Positions 51,954 through 64,000 of a stretch of 64,000 bases of DNA are shown here, one piece after another; position 1 is the first letter of the stretch, and each line of letters begins with the position of its first letter. The notes under the pieces were generated by a model. It made no database searches. It was given only the letters and a program-made list of their open reading frames with translations, and was not told the DNA's origin. A program made the translations under genes and the position numbers. Origin of the DNA: a virus (taxonomy: Duplodnaviria; Heunggongvirae; Uroviricota; Caudoviricetes); the IMG/VR virus record IMGVR_UViG_2687453424_000001; one strand, 5' to 3'.

Positions 51954-53407
51954 GAAACGGTGGTAGCCCTCGCTACCATCAAGCCAACTTGTGTAAGTTA
52001 GCATTTTGTTTTTATTATTTTTTTTGGAAAGGAAATTTATGCGTTGCTGAACTGGGATTGCACAACAGTTATTTAGGAGTTCATAAATTATTTTCCATAT
52101 TTCCGTTTTCTCTGCCTGTTAAGACTTCTCTTAACCTTGTGGTAATTGGCCAGAGCTTATAGTCAAGGCCTGTTCTTAATTTGGCTCAACAATCTCCATC
52201 ATTTCCTTATACACAAGGCAGCATGCTTAAGGCATGCAAGTTGGACCAGAAATGGTATTTCCAGTGGCTCCTTGCTCTCACTGCACAGTAACACAGCATA
52301 TACTATGAATACAGTCGATTGGTTCGGTCTGCTCTCCATGCACAGTACACGGCTTTATCTGTCAGGTGCAGCATGCATCCTAGCAATAGAAACATTTGTT
52401 AGAACGGAATGCAGAAGGTCTAGATCAGAGCCGGCCATGCCCATGTGACTGACTCGAGAGAGCTTAACCCCCCCTTCCCACTTCTCCTTCAGTCATTATT
52501 TTAACACCATTTTCAAAGAGGTCGTCAGCTATGATCAAAGACTCCAACCCCATCTGACTTTTTTTGGGAACGCCATGACCGTTAGTTAACCAGCAGCAAC
52601 CAGTTTTGAGGGAGTTGTCAAAGAGTGGTTTTGAAAAAGAATGCTGCGTTTTGATACTGCCAGCATTAACCTACTAAGCAAGTTTAGTTCTACTCCTACA
52701 ACTATGATTGTTTTTACTAATCTAAAATAAAAAACTAATTGGAGGTTTTTTTAAATTAGTTTTCAACTTTTACAAATAAATTCTATAAAAAGGGCTTTTA
52801 CAAATAAATATATTATCTATTTTCTAAGATTATATTAAATTAAAAAAAAGAAGAAGCAGATTTCACTATACTTCTAATATATTTCAATTTTATTCATACC
52901 ATACGCTGTGAATTTTTATAATTTGTATTTTGTGAATATTTTTTTAATTATTACTCATAGGTTAATTTTTATTTAGTAAAATTATTAAAATATTTAATTT
53001 ATTTGTTTGAAAAATTTATGTGAAAAGGATTATAATAAAAGATAAAAAGATAAAAGATAAAAGTGAAATTTATCCAAAATAATAAAAATAGAAAAAGATA
53101 CTATTGTAGTTACGGTTTTACTATCTACAGTTCAAAGTGGCACGCTTCCAGTTATGCGGGACCCGATAAACAACCAGTGGGGAAGCGGCAAAGCATTAAA
53201 AAGAGCGGAGTGGCACTAGCAAAACTCTAGTCTCAAACTCTCCAATCCCATTCCCCCGTAAAGTAGTAGCGTTAAACTGAATTTGCTCTTCGCTGGCTCC
53301 CCTTTTGTACACGTTTACTCCAATACGTTCGTGTTGGATCCGTCCTCTGTCTGCCTTTGAATTCTTTCTACAAATCTCTTCGATTTCCATTTTCTTTGTA
53401 ATTGGCC

Positions 53408-55583
53408 ATGGAAATGGCTTCCGCTGCTCGAACCGTCGAGGAGATCTTCAAAGATTACTCTGCTAGAAGAACGGCCATCGTTCGTGCTTTAACATACGGT
53501 GAAATTTTATTTCCATTCTTTTTTCTCCTCTTTTTGGTTTTTTTCTGTTTCGATTTTTACGTCTTTGTAGCTGTTTAACGGTGCCGTTTTCTTTGTCTTT
53601 CTCTCAGATGTGGATGAATTTTATGGACTCTGCGATCCAGGTATTCTCTGATTGGAGATCCGAAAACCTCTTCTTTCTTTTTTTTTTTAAATTTTATTTT
53701 CAATTTTATTTCTATTTTTGCATGTAAATCCGAATTTCATAGTTTTATTTTATTTCATTTTTACATGCAATCAGATTTCGGTTCTTAATTGAATTTAGAA
53801 ATTATCGTTCCTCGTTTAATAATGAAGTTACTGAATTCCAGAATTGCAATTCCTTAGGAAATTCAAGTTGTCTGCTTTTATGCAGAAGAAGCTTTCCCTC
53901 TTAGTTTGGCAGAGATCAAACAGAGGTTTATATATAAAAAAAGGTTTTGTTCTTTGCTTTTTGTTTGGTCTCAGAAAAAGAGAATTTATGCCTGTATGGA
54001 CATCCGAATGAAAGCTGGGAAGTGACTCTGCCAGCAGAGGAAGTTCCACCAGAGCTTCCTGAGCCGGCACTTGGCATTAACTTTGCAAGAGATGGAATGA
54101 ATCGAAAAGATTGGTTGTCCTTGGTCGCGGTGCATAGTGATTCGTGGTTGATTTCTGTGGCTTTCTATCTCGGTGCGCGTCTTAACCGCAATGAAAGGTA
54201 CTGTCTTTTTCCTTCTGTTTTTGCTTCATGTGTAGAAGGATCATGTTGAAGCAGTTTTAAGTTCATTGAAAATCGGGTTGATTCATCAAGTTTCGTTTAG
54301 TTTCTTTTGTAAATTTTGGTATCAACTTTGATTATTATCAGGGAATGCTTCCCTTTGTTTTTCCCGGCGCAATATATTTGTTGGTCTAGTGGTGGTTCAG
54401 ACTTGAACTGTTTTTCTTCAGTTGGATGTTAGAAATGACTATGCAAGATTACCAATGCAAATACAGAAGTAGTGAATGCATCAGGCTTTTTCTTGTGGTG
54501 CTTGGCAGAGTAAAAACTTGATATATGCATATGCATAGGTCTCATGATATTGTGTTCGTATTTTGCTCGTTTATGGAATACATTTATAATTGTTTATTAT
54601 CATGTTTCATTCCAGGAAACGCCTATATAGCATGATGAATGATCTGCCCACTGTCTTTGAGGTTGTAACTGAAAGGAAGCCAGTTAAAGACAAACCAAGC
54701 ATGGATAGTGGGAGCAAATCCCGGGGCAGCACAAAGGTTAGACAGATCAAATCTATTGTGATTTTTATTATTATTTGAGCTTGGACAATTTAATCATAAA
54801 CTTTTACGCTTAGATTCTCTTCTATCACTGAGAAAGGGAGAAGGGGGGTGGTATGACTGAGGGAAACCTTTTTTTTTTTTGGAAAGTTAAGCATTTCATT
54901 ACTGAAACAGGGAATAAAAAGTTCTGTGGAACATTACAAAGGCAGCACCTAATTTTGGATTTTGTTATGGACATAACATAACAACCAGAAATCAAGGCCT
55001 CAGATACAGAAAAGCAGAACAGCAGCATCATCAACCCACAGACTCATCCTAATTTTTGTTCACAAAATCTATACACAAAAACGTATCAATATCATCATCA
55101 AACCCTGTACAACTATTGAAATATACTTGCTATCATAATGCTCAAGCCACCCCATCCATTAATCATGTAAAGTGCCCAGTTGTATCGTAATGAATGCACA
55201 GTTTGATATGATTAAGCCTGCAGAGCAGGCCTAATATTTCCTACACGAAAGAATGAATTTCTTGTACTTAACCTGTTCAGGTATTTTTTTTTTTTTTGTG
55301 TTAGTCACTGACTTGATTCTTTGCTTTATAGAGATCAATTGAAGGACAAGCCAAAAGCAATCCTAAGGTTGCGGATGAGATTTTTGAGGAAGATGAAGAT
55401 GAACACAGTGAAACACTCTGCGGCAGCTGCGGTGGAAATTACAATGCAGATGAGTTTTGGATTGGCTGTGATGTTTGTGAGAGGTGGTTCCATGGGAAGT
55501 GTGTGAAGATAACACCTGCTAAAGCTGAGAGCATTAAGCAATACAAATGCCCATCTTGCAGCTTGAAGAGGGGCAGGCAGTGA
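53408..55583 (+). CDS. Alfin-like PHD-finger protein (H3K4me3 reader), 5 exons, 239 aa
   Basis: Exons 53408-53498, 53608-53640, 53975-54197, 54616-54736, 55332-55583 (720 nt, in frame). N-terminal Alfin domain ([58 protein letters not shown]...) and C-terminal PHD finger ([47 protein letters not shown]). Confidence 0.88.
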
Positions 55584-56897
55584 CAGTCACTAAAATGACA
55601 AGAAGAGAACAGAGACACTTCAATGGCTGACAAAGTAGTATAGCAATATTCCTGCCTTTGGTAATGTAATGAAATTTTTCATCATGTCTGTTCATAATAG
55701 ATGCTTCGGAACAGATGGAAGTTCTACTTCTCCCAGATACCTTTGTTTAAATGTCAACTCATATGTTAGGATTTGTTTAACGTCTGAAAAATTTGTCAAT
55801 AACATTTGCCCATGTATGCTAGTCTTTGTCTTTTCTTCCTCCCACAAGGTGAAGGGTAAAATTCACTCAATACGGGACATTCTCAAATGATACCAGGTAG
55901 TGAAAAGATTAGATGACGCAAGGATGGATGGAAATCCTCTGCCCCGGTAATGTGACCTGTGTCACGGATTATGTTCTTTCGTCTAAGTATGCGATAGTCT
56001 GTGCGACACATGAGTGGAGGCTTCTACGTAAGTCAGTTAATACTCGGTTATATCTGTTTCAACAATAATAATAACAATAAATCAGACTAAGAAAATTTAC
56101 ATCAAAATTAAAAGGCATATCGAATGTCATATATGCAATCACTTAGTCATAATAAGAAAAAATATTTCGTTAATATGAAATTAATTACAAAGAGATCGAG
56201 ACATGCCATTGTCGGGTCACGAGGGCAGTCTGAGATGGATTGCTCATACTTTTACCAGTGAGGCAACCCAACAATCTGTCGATTGCTCACCTCTTATAAA
56301 GAGTTTACGAGATTTTACAAGTATTCTACCAATAACCATTACAATGTTTGAAATAAACATTCCTTTTTTAAAAGGTCTTTTTCTTTAAAAATTTAACAAG
56401 GATTTGTATCACCACGAGACATTACATTGTTTGAAAAAGGGATATTTTTCTTACATATACAAAAAGCTCAATCTAATAGACAACTCTACCCTGTTATAGT
56501 CTAGTACAAAGTTAGCTCGTGACACCCTGCCTCTTTGCCCCGTGAACAAGGGGATCGAACCAAGGTCATGTTCATGGTAAAATAGTTATTTTTTCTTTCT
56601 GTCTTTGGACCTTGGAGATCCTCGCCAAAAGAGTTTGAACAAGGAACAGAACCCTTTGAATGTGAATCAATTTGGACACTAGGAAACCTCAGCCAAATTC
56701 CGACAATTAGAAGACACAATAAGGACAGCTTAAGGCATCCATTAATCCTATCAATCAATTCTTAGTGCTTATCGCCACCTTAAAAATGTTTTCCTTCGTT
56801 TTCATCTGTTTTTGTCTCTCCGTCCCCCACCTCTCTATATTTCCCCTCCTACGACGGGGCGAATGCTTGTGCTACAATCGAGCCATTTCTCTCCACA

Positions 56898-58150
56898 ATG
56901 CGTCGTCCCAGTCGATCTGATGGCTTGGCCAAAGAACGCCTGAGATGGACTCAAGAGCTGCATGATCGATTTGAAGATGCTGTTAATCAGCTTGGAGGTC
57001 CAGATAGTAAGTTTCTGATAGCTCGGAAACAATTTTTCCATTCATGCTTGTTCTTTGGTTTAATGTTTGTGTAAATTTTGGTTTGCCAGGGGCGACGCCA
57101 AAGGGTATCCTGAAGGCTATGGGGGTTGATGGACTGACCATTTACCATGTCAAAAGCCACCTGCAGGTTAGCTCCGTCCCCAACACTTACATATATGTAT
57201 CTTCTTTCCTGTAAATCAAAATGCCTATGGATTCATGTTTTAGTTTTATTTTTGCAGAAATACAGGATCTTAAAGTTTGTTCCAGAAACAAATACAAGTA
57301 AGTTGAAAGAAGTGAACCTTCAGTCTGATCACTCACATTGAAGTTAAGAAAAGAAAGAACTGATTGAAAAGACGGTGACCCTTTGATTCTAACTCTCTAA
57401 CTTTGATAACCATGTTCTTTTAACTGCAGAATGCAAGTTTGAGAGGAGAGATATATCAGAAATACTGCCTAATTTCGGTACAACATCGTGAGTTATCGTT
57501 TCTTTTCTGTTTTGATAGGGAATTATTGTATAGTACGAGTTTATTTTCTTATTGTGTCATTGTTGTGATTGAAAAAATCATTGAAGAGGGGCTCAGCTTA
57601 ATGAAGCCTTGCAAATGCATAAGGAAGCAGAAAGAAAGCAAGGGGATCATCAGCTCGAGGTAAACATACGGAAAATTAGATTCTCTTCGTTTTAGTTTTT
57701 CCACAAAGAAGAAAGGTATAGCCCTTCAGGGATGTAGCTAGTTTTAACAATTTCTAGAGGGGTTTATGTTTGAAGGCTCAAAGGAACTTGAAGATTAAGA
57801 TTGAAGCTCAGGTAATATTCCTTGAGAGACTTGCAGGCCAACATGGAAACCGAGCTACCCCAACAAAAGCTACCAAGCCATTCTCTCCCACATCACTGCC
57901 TTCACTCTGTGAGGAGTCTGAGTCGACTGCAAAAGATGGTTTCGAAACCGACCCCGAGGCTGACAGAAATGAGATAGAATCAGGAGAAAGAGTTCAAGCA
58001 ATGTATGCATTCGAATCATGGGACCAATATGATCATCAAGACATGGTTCTTAACAGGGAAGAAAGGGTTTCTTACCTTGCTAATGATATCAGCTTTCCCT
58101 GGAATGTCCCAGTTTGCTCATCATCCCCCCTGGTGCCTAGTTTTTTGTGA
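56898..58150 (+). CDS. MYB-CC type (GARP/PHR1-like) MYB-related transcription factor, 6 exons, about 243 aa; gene model provisional
   Basis: Exons 56898-57006, 57090-57166, 57258-57297, 57430-57487, 57587-57659, 57776-58150 (732 nt, in frame). MYB/SHAQKYF-class domain [51 protein letters not shown], then a coiled-coil-like segment LNEALQMHKEAERKQGDHQLEAQRNLKIKIEAQ. Internal splice choices were made by frame consistency only. Confidence 0.6.
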
Positions 58151-60300
58151 CTTTTGCCACAACTTCCATGTACAATTGATTTTGTAAAACAAAGCAATAA
58201 AACCATATCATGGACACAAAATTGATTGCTTTCAGGGTTGTCAAATTAAACACTTGGAAGGAGCATCTAACTTAATCTTGTAAATCATGAAAGCAATCAA
58301 GAACTTCCTATCACAAGTATTCATATCTAAATAAATTTGTACCATCCTAGCAATGCTGCTTGTGTAATAAAAAGAGGGTGATCTGATATATTGTTACTGG
58401 CTTTTCATGTAAGCTTGTAAAGCATCAATTCTATTGCAATTTTCTATAAAAAAAACAAAGAAAAATTGTATTGCTAAGAACAAAATAAATTTATTAGATA
58501 TATGACGTAAAATTACAAATTCATTGAATGAGTCTGTTTCAATTTTAAGATTTGTCCTGGGATTCTTTTTGTCCTCCTTGAGCTTGAAACTTCCTTGGTT
58601 TTATTCTCTTCATCGGGTCAAGCAGACACAAACAAACAACAAACATGAGCACAGCCACCAGCCATGCCAATGGCCATCGTGGCATATTGTCCATTGGGCT
58701 TAAATGATAGGTGACCACTGACTTGGGTAAAACTGCAAGCGTGGAATGGGCTGATTTTGGTCCATAGCTGGTGTCGTGACAACACAGTCAAAAGTTTGAG
58801 GCTAAGCAAGCAATGTGTAACACATGCCTGCCGACGGGTAGTTACATTGTATCGGCCTTCTGTTCATAGCCAAACCAAACCACATTAATTCAACATTGTA
58901 GTGCTGTAAGTTAAAAGCAAATTAAGACAAGAAGCTGCCAGTTAGGCATGGTCTTAGATATTATCGGGATAACGGGAGATCAGTGAATGAACCCTAACAT
59001 TTTCCAAATAATGGAAGAGATATATAAGCACGTGCCCTTTTCCATAAACATACTAAAGGAAGCAGTGAATGAATTTGTCTAACAGGGTACTAGCATAGAC
59101 AAGTAAGTCTACAACACTAGGTATAAATTAAAGTATTCTGACTGATCCTCCTCACAACATAGCTAAAGTTTGCCTTTTATGAAATTAATATACCGTCGTG
59201 CTATATATATATATATAGTACCTTATTATAATAAACTTTACTGCAGTACCCATTCCGCAGTGATCAGTGAATGCTTTGACAAATCGATTTATTAATAGCT
59301 ATTTATGTGTATCTCTGCCTACCACAACCACATAAAGAAAAATAAAGAGACAACTTGGGGGAAAGTTTGAAAGCTTTTAAAAAACGTGCCATGGTGGTAC
59401 TTGGAAATGGGGTGTTAAATGTGGAACGAGTCAAAAAGGCCAAAACATAAAGGACTTGTAACGTAATGGACATGACATTAATACAAAGAGGAAAATTTGA
59501 GTAAGGCAAAAGGACTACTGTAAAGGGCAAAAGCGAGAGAGAAGGAACAGCAACGTATATAGTACTTTTCTGTTTATGCTTTGCCCATCCTAGCAAGATC
59601 GAAAGTGGAGACGACCTGGGTGACCTTTTAGATATATGCGGTGTGTTTGCTGACTCATGGAAAATGTTTCAAAGCATAAGAGCCACAATTATTTTTGTAC
59701 CCTCTGCTATAGCACTGGTCAAAGCTGAGACCATCGAAAGAGTTAGGTTTTAATTCGTACGGATTCGAAATTGATTTACGTATGTTTACGTCTAAATTCG
59801 TTATTTTTTAGTATAAATATATTATATATACATATTTATCATGAAATCAAATATCGGTATATATCTCTTGATTGTATTGAATTTTATCCACGTGGAGCTG
59901 TCGTTAACGTTTTAAAATATCCAAGGCAACTAATCTGGATGGTATTTAATTTGTTTAAAAATTGACATCCCCAATTTCGAAGAAAGAGCGATGTTGTCGC
60001 CTGTTGTACTGCCCCAATGGTGGTTCACATTGTCATTATTATATGCTAATGGACATCTTGGGTTGGTTGTTTTCGATATACTACTTTAAGCAAAAGCTGT
60101 ATATAGCCCATGTGATGGAAATTCATATAAAGAAAATTAATAGGTGTGAGGGAAAACATGGAACTCATTGCAGCTTCATTTTCCAACTAAATTCAAACCA
60201 AACCAAACCACAATTATTCAGTCCAAATTATCAAGTGGGGGCAGCATTTTTCTTGGTATCTTCTCGTGGCAATTCATTGTCTGCCTAACTTGAAAAATCT

Positions 60301-60328
60301 GAAAAAGAAAGAAAGAAAGAAAGAAAGA
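60301..60328. repeat. (GAAA)n / (AAAG)n microsatellite
   Basis: gaaaaagaaagaaagaaagaaagaaaga, intergenic. Confidence 0.9.
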
Positions 60329-61216
60329 CGTTTAGCTGTCTTTATTCAATCCAAATCTTAAACCCAGGAAGAAGCAGCTAGCTTACTAGCTTTATGCATG
60401 TGCAAGAGACTGCATGCTTCTTGAGTGTACTCGTATACTAAAGGAATAGAGAGAAAGAATTGTAGGGTGAGAAGTTGGTGAAATGTTCTAATCATATACG
60501 TAATTATCAATTTGTTTCTTAGATTAGTCCAGGCAACTACTCCAATTTTACATGCCAAGGCGATTTTTCTTTAAAAAAGACAATGGGATATTTATCTATA
60601 TTATGATTCTAGAAAGGAAAGAATTTATTACAAGAACTATAAATTAAGGAATAGATCTCATATAAACAAAGATATTATAAAAATGTAAAGAAATTCTTTC
60701 TGTTCATCTGCGATTGAGATTGTCTCTTTAAAAATGTATTTGAGAGATAAGTCAAAAATTCTGTTATTGTAACTTTTAATATGATTAGGGATTTTGCAAA
60801 CATTTTTAATATAAAGAAATAAGAGGTGACAATTATCTCACTAGGTTGGTCATTTGATAGATTCTATTAATTTATAACACAAGTGAGCAAAGGCAGCCAT
60901 CACAGATTGGTTTTCTGCTACCAAAATTGACACAGACAACAAGTTTTATCCACATCCACTTTATCACTTAGGCTCCTTTTGACTCAGGCAACAATTTTGA
61001 ATAAAAGGGCATCAAGAATTTATAATATGATATGACACAAATTAATATTGCTTCTTGAAATGCTTGCATACAGTAATCTTTTCACATGATCATGTAAAGC
61101 TTCAAATTAGCTGATTATAGTACTTTCAGAAGCTCTATATTTAGGTTGGAGAGGCTTGGGAGTATTATTTAAATGTAAGCGATTGGTACACATCACACAA
61201 GTACTATGTATGGAGA

Positions 61217-63128
61217 CTATCTATTGGATTTCAAGGATTCAACTTGCGCTTTGCCACATGGACCCTTGGTCCTGATGTAAAGTCTGTACTCATCAAACGT
61301 CATGGGATTATACAGAGCCGGCCGGTCCTTACTCACTAGCTCCTTGGCTGGTTCGATGAGTAAATCACTCTTTGGGTTGTAGAAGAAAGCTAGGGAGACT
61401 CGATCTTTTGCTGAATTCACGATTACCCTGTGTTCAACACTCTTGTAAATTCCATTGCTCAGCACCTGAACGTGTTTCATGAAACCTATGATCAGCTTTC
61501 TTTTGCTCTTGAAACATGGGGCAATAATAATACAGAAGAAATTGGAGTGACAATCCTAGAGAGAAAGATCAGAAACCTGAAGCTGGTCTCCAACGTTGAC
61601 AATGAAAGCATTAGGAACAGGCTTCACGGTGATCCACTTGCCATTCTTACAAACTTGGAGTCCAGCTACGTCGTGATCAGGCAGGAGAATGGTCATGGCA
61701 CCAGGGTCTGAGTGTGAGGAAAGACCTAGGGTAAGGTCAGGCTGAGGACACTTTGGATAGAAGTTGACCCTTAAACAGGCACCGATGTCTTCTCCACCGA
61801 AGGCTTTCTGCAGGTAATCTTCTGGCAGTCCAAGATTTGTTGACATCGCCTTCAGCAGCCTTCCACACAGTTTTACAACTTCAGCACCATATTCTGCTAC
61901 CAGTTCCCTGCATCCAGATGTGAACAGCTAATGATTAGTAAATTCTGCTACCAGTTCCCTGCATGTTTAAGGTTAAAGCTCTCTCCATTCGTACATGTTA
62001 CATAAAACAGTAGAAAACAAATACCCTTTTCATTTTCAACAAAGTTGGGTCTACTATTTTGGTCGGGGATTAATATTTTAACCTGAATTTCTTTCTTTTT
62101 CCTTCCTTTTTCTGTTGTGAATTGTAAGCAAACTTGAAAACGACCAACACTCCTTTGCATGTGAAGTTGCAACTAATTAACTTTTGGTAAGGTTAGGAAA
62201 GATTCGAGGGTCAAAACCATCTCCATTGGATCGATGCAGGCCGTGCGATTTGGATATGGATTTGCTTTTTAATCATTCCATTTTGACTTCATGAAATCGT
62301 TTCCCTACCCTTAGAATTTTTGTCTTCTTTAATTATTGCCTTCAAAAGAGGAGATCAAAGTTGATCAATTAACCTCAGTCAATATGGGGGTGTTTATATC
62401 GTGAGACATCAGTTGCAACCCGGGCCAAATCTAAGATTATTGGTCAGTTGACCGAATCCCACTGTCCTAGTTTTTGTTCTCTTGGCAGATGTAAGAAAAG
62501 AGAAAGAATCTCTTTTCGTGCAGAGAGACAGGAACAAAAAGAAAACATCAACGTAAATAAAACATCATGGTATCACGTTTTGTAAAAAGATAAAATAAAC
62601 AATGAGGCAGGCAGGGGGTGCAGACCTGCAAGATGACGGTTGTGCAGGCCACTTGCTTTGATTCCTCGACGAAACCGGCATGAAGTGAAGAAAAAAGTAA
62701 TCGCTCCAATCCAGAATCGCTCCTTTCTCTACTCCCAAGCGACTGCCGTACCCTTCATAGGTACTTGGCTCGTTGGCATACCCTTGCTTCACTTCAAGCG
62801 GCAGGCTGAAGAATCGACGCCACACCTCTCGGATGCGCCTCATCAGCTCGTGGCTAACCCCATGGTTCACCGCCTGGAAGAAACCCCAGTCCCGGCACGT
62901 GCTGGAGATGCATCTCAAGGTCTCCTCCCGCAGGGCTAGGTCTTTCCCGAACAGGTTCTGGAGATCAACGACAGGAATGTCAACATGTTCTTCGATTTTG
63001 GAACATGTTTTCAGGCCAGGCCTGTCGGTTAGCGGCTTGATGTATCGCTCTGGAATGGCACGTATCCCACTGTCAGACAGAGACTGAACTCGAACCACCG
63101 GCTCAGGCCAACTCTGGAGACAATTCAT
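61217..63128 (-). CDS. 2-oxoglutarate/Fe(II)-dependent dioxygenase, JOX-like (jasmonate-induced oxygenase / At5g05600-type), 3 exons, 360 aa
   Basis: Exons 62626-63128, 61577-61907, 61217-61465 (1083 nt, in frame). N-terminus MNCLQSWPEPVVRVQSLSDSGIRAIPERYIKP (DIOX_N); Fe-binding HxD...H (HSDPGAMTILLPD ... YKSVEHRV) and the 2OG-binding RVS motif. The WPEPVVRVQSL...YIKP N-terminus is distinctive for the JOX/At5g05600 clade as I recall it. Confidence 0.85.
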
Positions 63129-63576
63129 TCTCTTCTTCTGTTTATATAATTTCAGGGTTTTCTTTCTTGAACAACCCAGACCCTAAAAACAAACGAAAAA
63201 CCAGAAAAGGAGAAGGATAGAGAGTGTTAGAAGAAAGCAGAGCTTGTCTGCTTATATAGCTTCGCTGATGGTGAAAAGAAGAGAGGGACTGAAGGGGTTT
63301 ATATAAGGATTGGAGGGAAACAATTTCGGCGCCGTGATGGAGTTGATTAGCTCATTACCGTAAATAAAAAGTAGGAAAGCAAGTACATGTGCTGAATATT
63401 CAGTGAAGAAAAGTGAATGGAAAGAAACAAGATAGCTTAGAATTTGATTTATCTTTCAAGAAAATCATTAAGCAGCAGGCACAAGGCTAGTGGCTGATAC
63501 AGAGATGGAATGTGTTGGAAAGATGGAGAAGTAGGCTTATAGATTAATAGAGCAGTGGACTTGTGCTGGAACAAAA

Positions 63577-63600
63577 CAGAGAGAGAGAGAGAGAGAGAGA
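63577..63600. repeat. (GA)12 microsatellite in the JOX-like promoter region
   Basis: agagagagagagagagagagagag about 450 bp upstream of the JOX-like ATG (minus-strand gene); a shorter (GA)n also lies at about 63813-63827. Confidence 0.9.
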
Positions 63601-64000
63601 GCGAATGATTTTTGCTTTTTTGACTCTGCCGAGTGGGCAGCAAACAAAATTAGGGCAGGTTCCTATTTTATTTCTTGCACGTGTGTTTTATGAGAAAGAC
63701 AGCAACTCTCTCTCATGTCTTTGGCCAACTGTAATTGTCAAATGTGTACGTGGCAATCCTAGATAGTGCGGCAATGGTCCATGTACTTTGTAGGCAAAAA
63801 AACAAAAAAAGAAGAGAGAGAGAGAGAAAAATACTTTTCCTGGTGGAGTTTGGGGGATTTGGAACTTGGATTTTGGAATTTCTTTTCCTTTTATTGGAAG
63901 GAAATCAAGGACTTGAGATGGAAAAAGAAATCCACTCACCAACTTGGTATTTGAGGCACAATTTCATTAAGTAATGTAATTACCTAATGAGCTCTACACA

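Noticed and set aside
56540-56560. Possible tRNA gene suggested by a GGTTCGATCC-like motif
   Set aside because: No acceptor stem, D-arm or anticodon arm could be paired around it; more likely a degenerate repeat fragment.
11948-64000. Plant segment considered as organellar (plastid or mitochondrial) DNA
   Set aside because: Genes have spliceosomal GT-AG introns and encode typical nuclear proteins (symplekin, Alfin PHD, RING E3); no organellar rRNA, tRNA or photosynthesis genes are present.

Overview
This window is a composite of two unrelated kinds of DNA separated by five long runs of N (1-1845, 6811-11161, 13379-17520, 24743-28502, 33222-37506). (1) 1846-11947 is canonical mini-F (F-plasmid-derived) BAC cloning-vector backbone: sopC centromere repeats, sopB, sopA, incC iterons, repE, ori2 iterons with DnaA boxes, the 3' part of the resD/redF recombinase, and the Tn9 cat cassette. 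(2) From 11948 onward the sequence is gene-dense plant (eudicot-like) nuclear DNA with GT-AG introns. It carries a vector-truncated LIMR/LMBR1-like exon 1, an APD-like RING E3 ligase, an intronless PDX1, a rhodanese-like gene, a symplekin (ESP4-like) gene, a DnaJ subfamily-B gene, an Alfin-like PHD finger gene, a small MYB-CC type gene, a JOX-like 2-oxoglutarate/Fe(II) dioxygenase, and several microsatellites. The vector/plant junction lies 12 bp after the cat stop codon and cuts the plant gene in mid-CDS, so it is not the normal BAC cloning site; this looks like a chimeric assembly or vector contamination. I found no evidence of a novel prokaryotic system: the bacterial part is a well-known engineered replicon, and the plant genes are ordinary conserved housekeeping and regulatory genes. 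The gene order appears collinear with Arabidopsis chr5 At5g01390-At5g01460 and with the At5g05600/At5g05610 pair; that is recalled from memory and needs checking. All identifications rest on reading the translations; no database search was run. Exon boundaries were traced by hand and may be off by a few bases.
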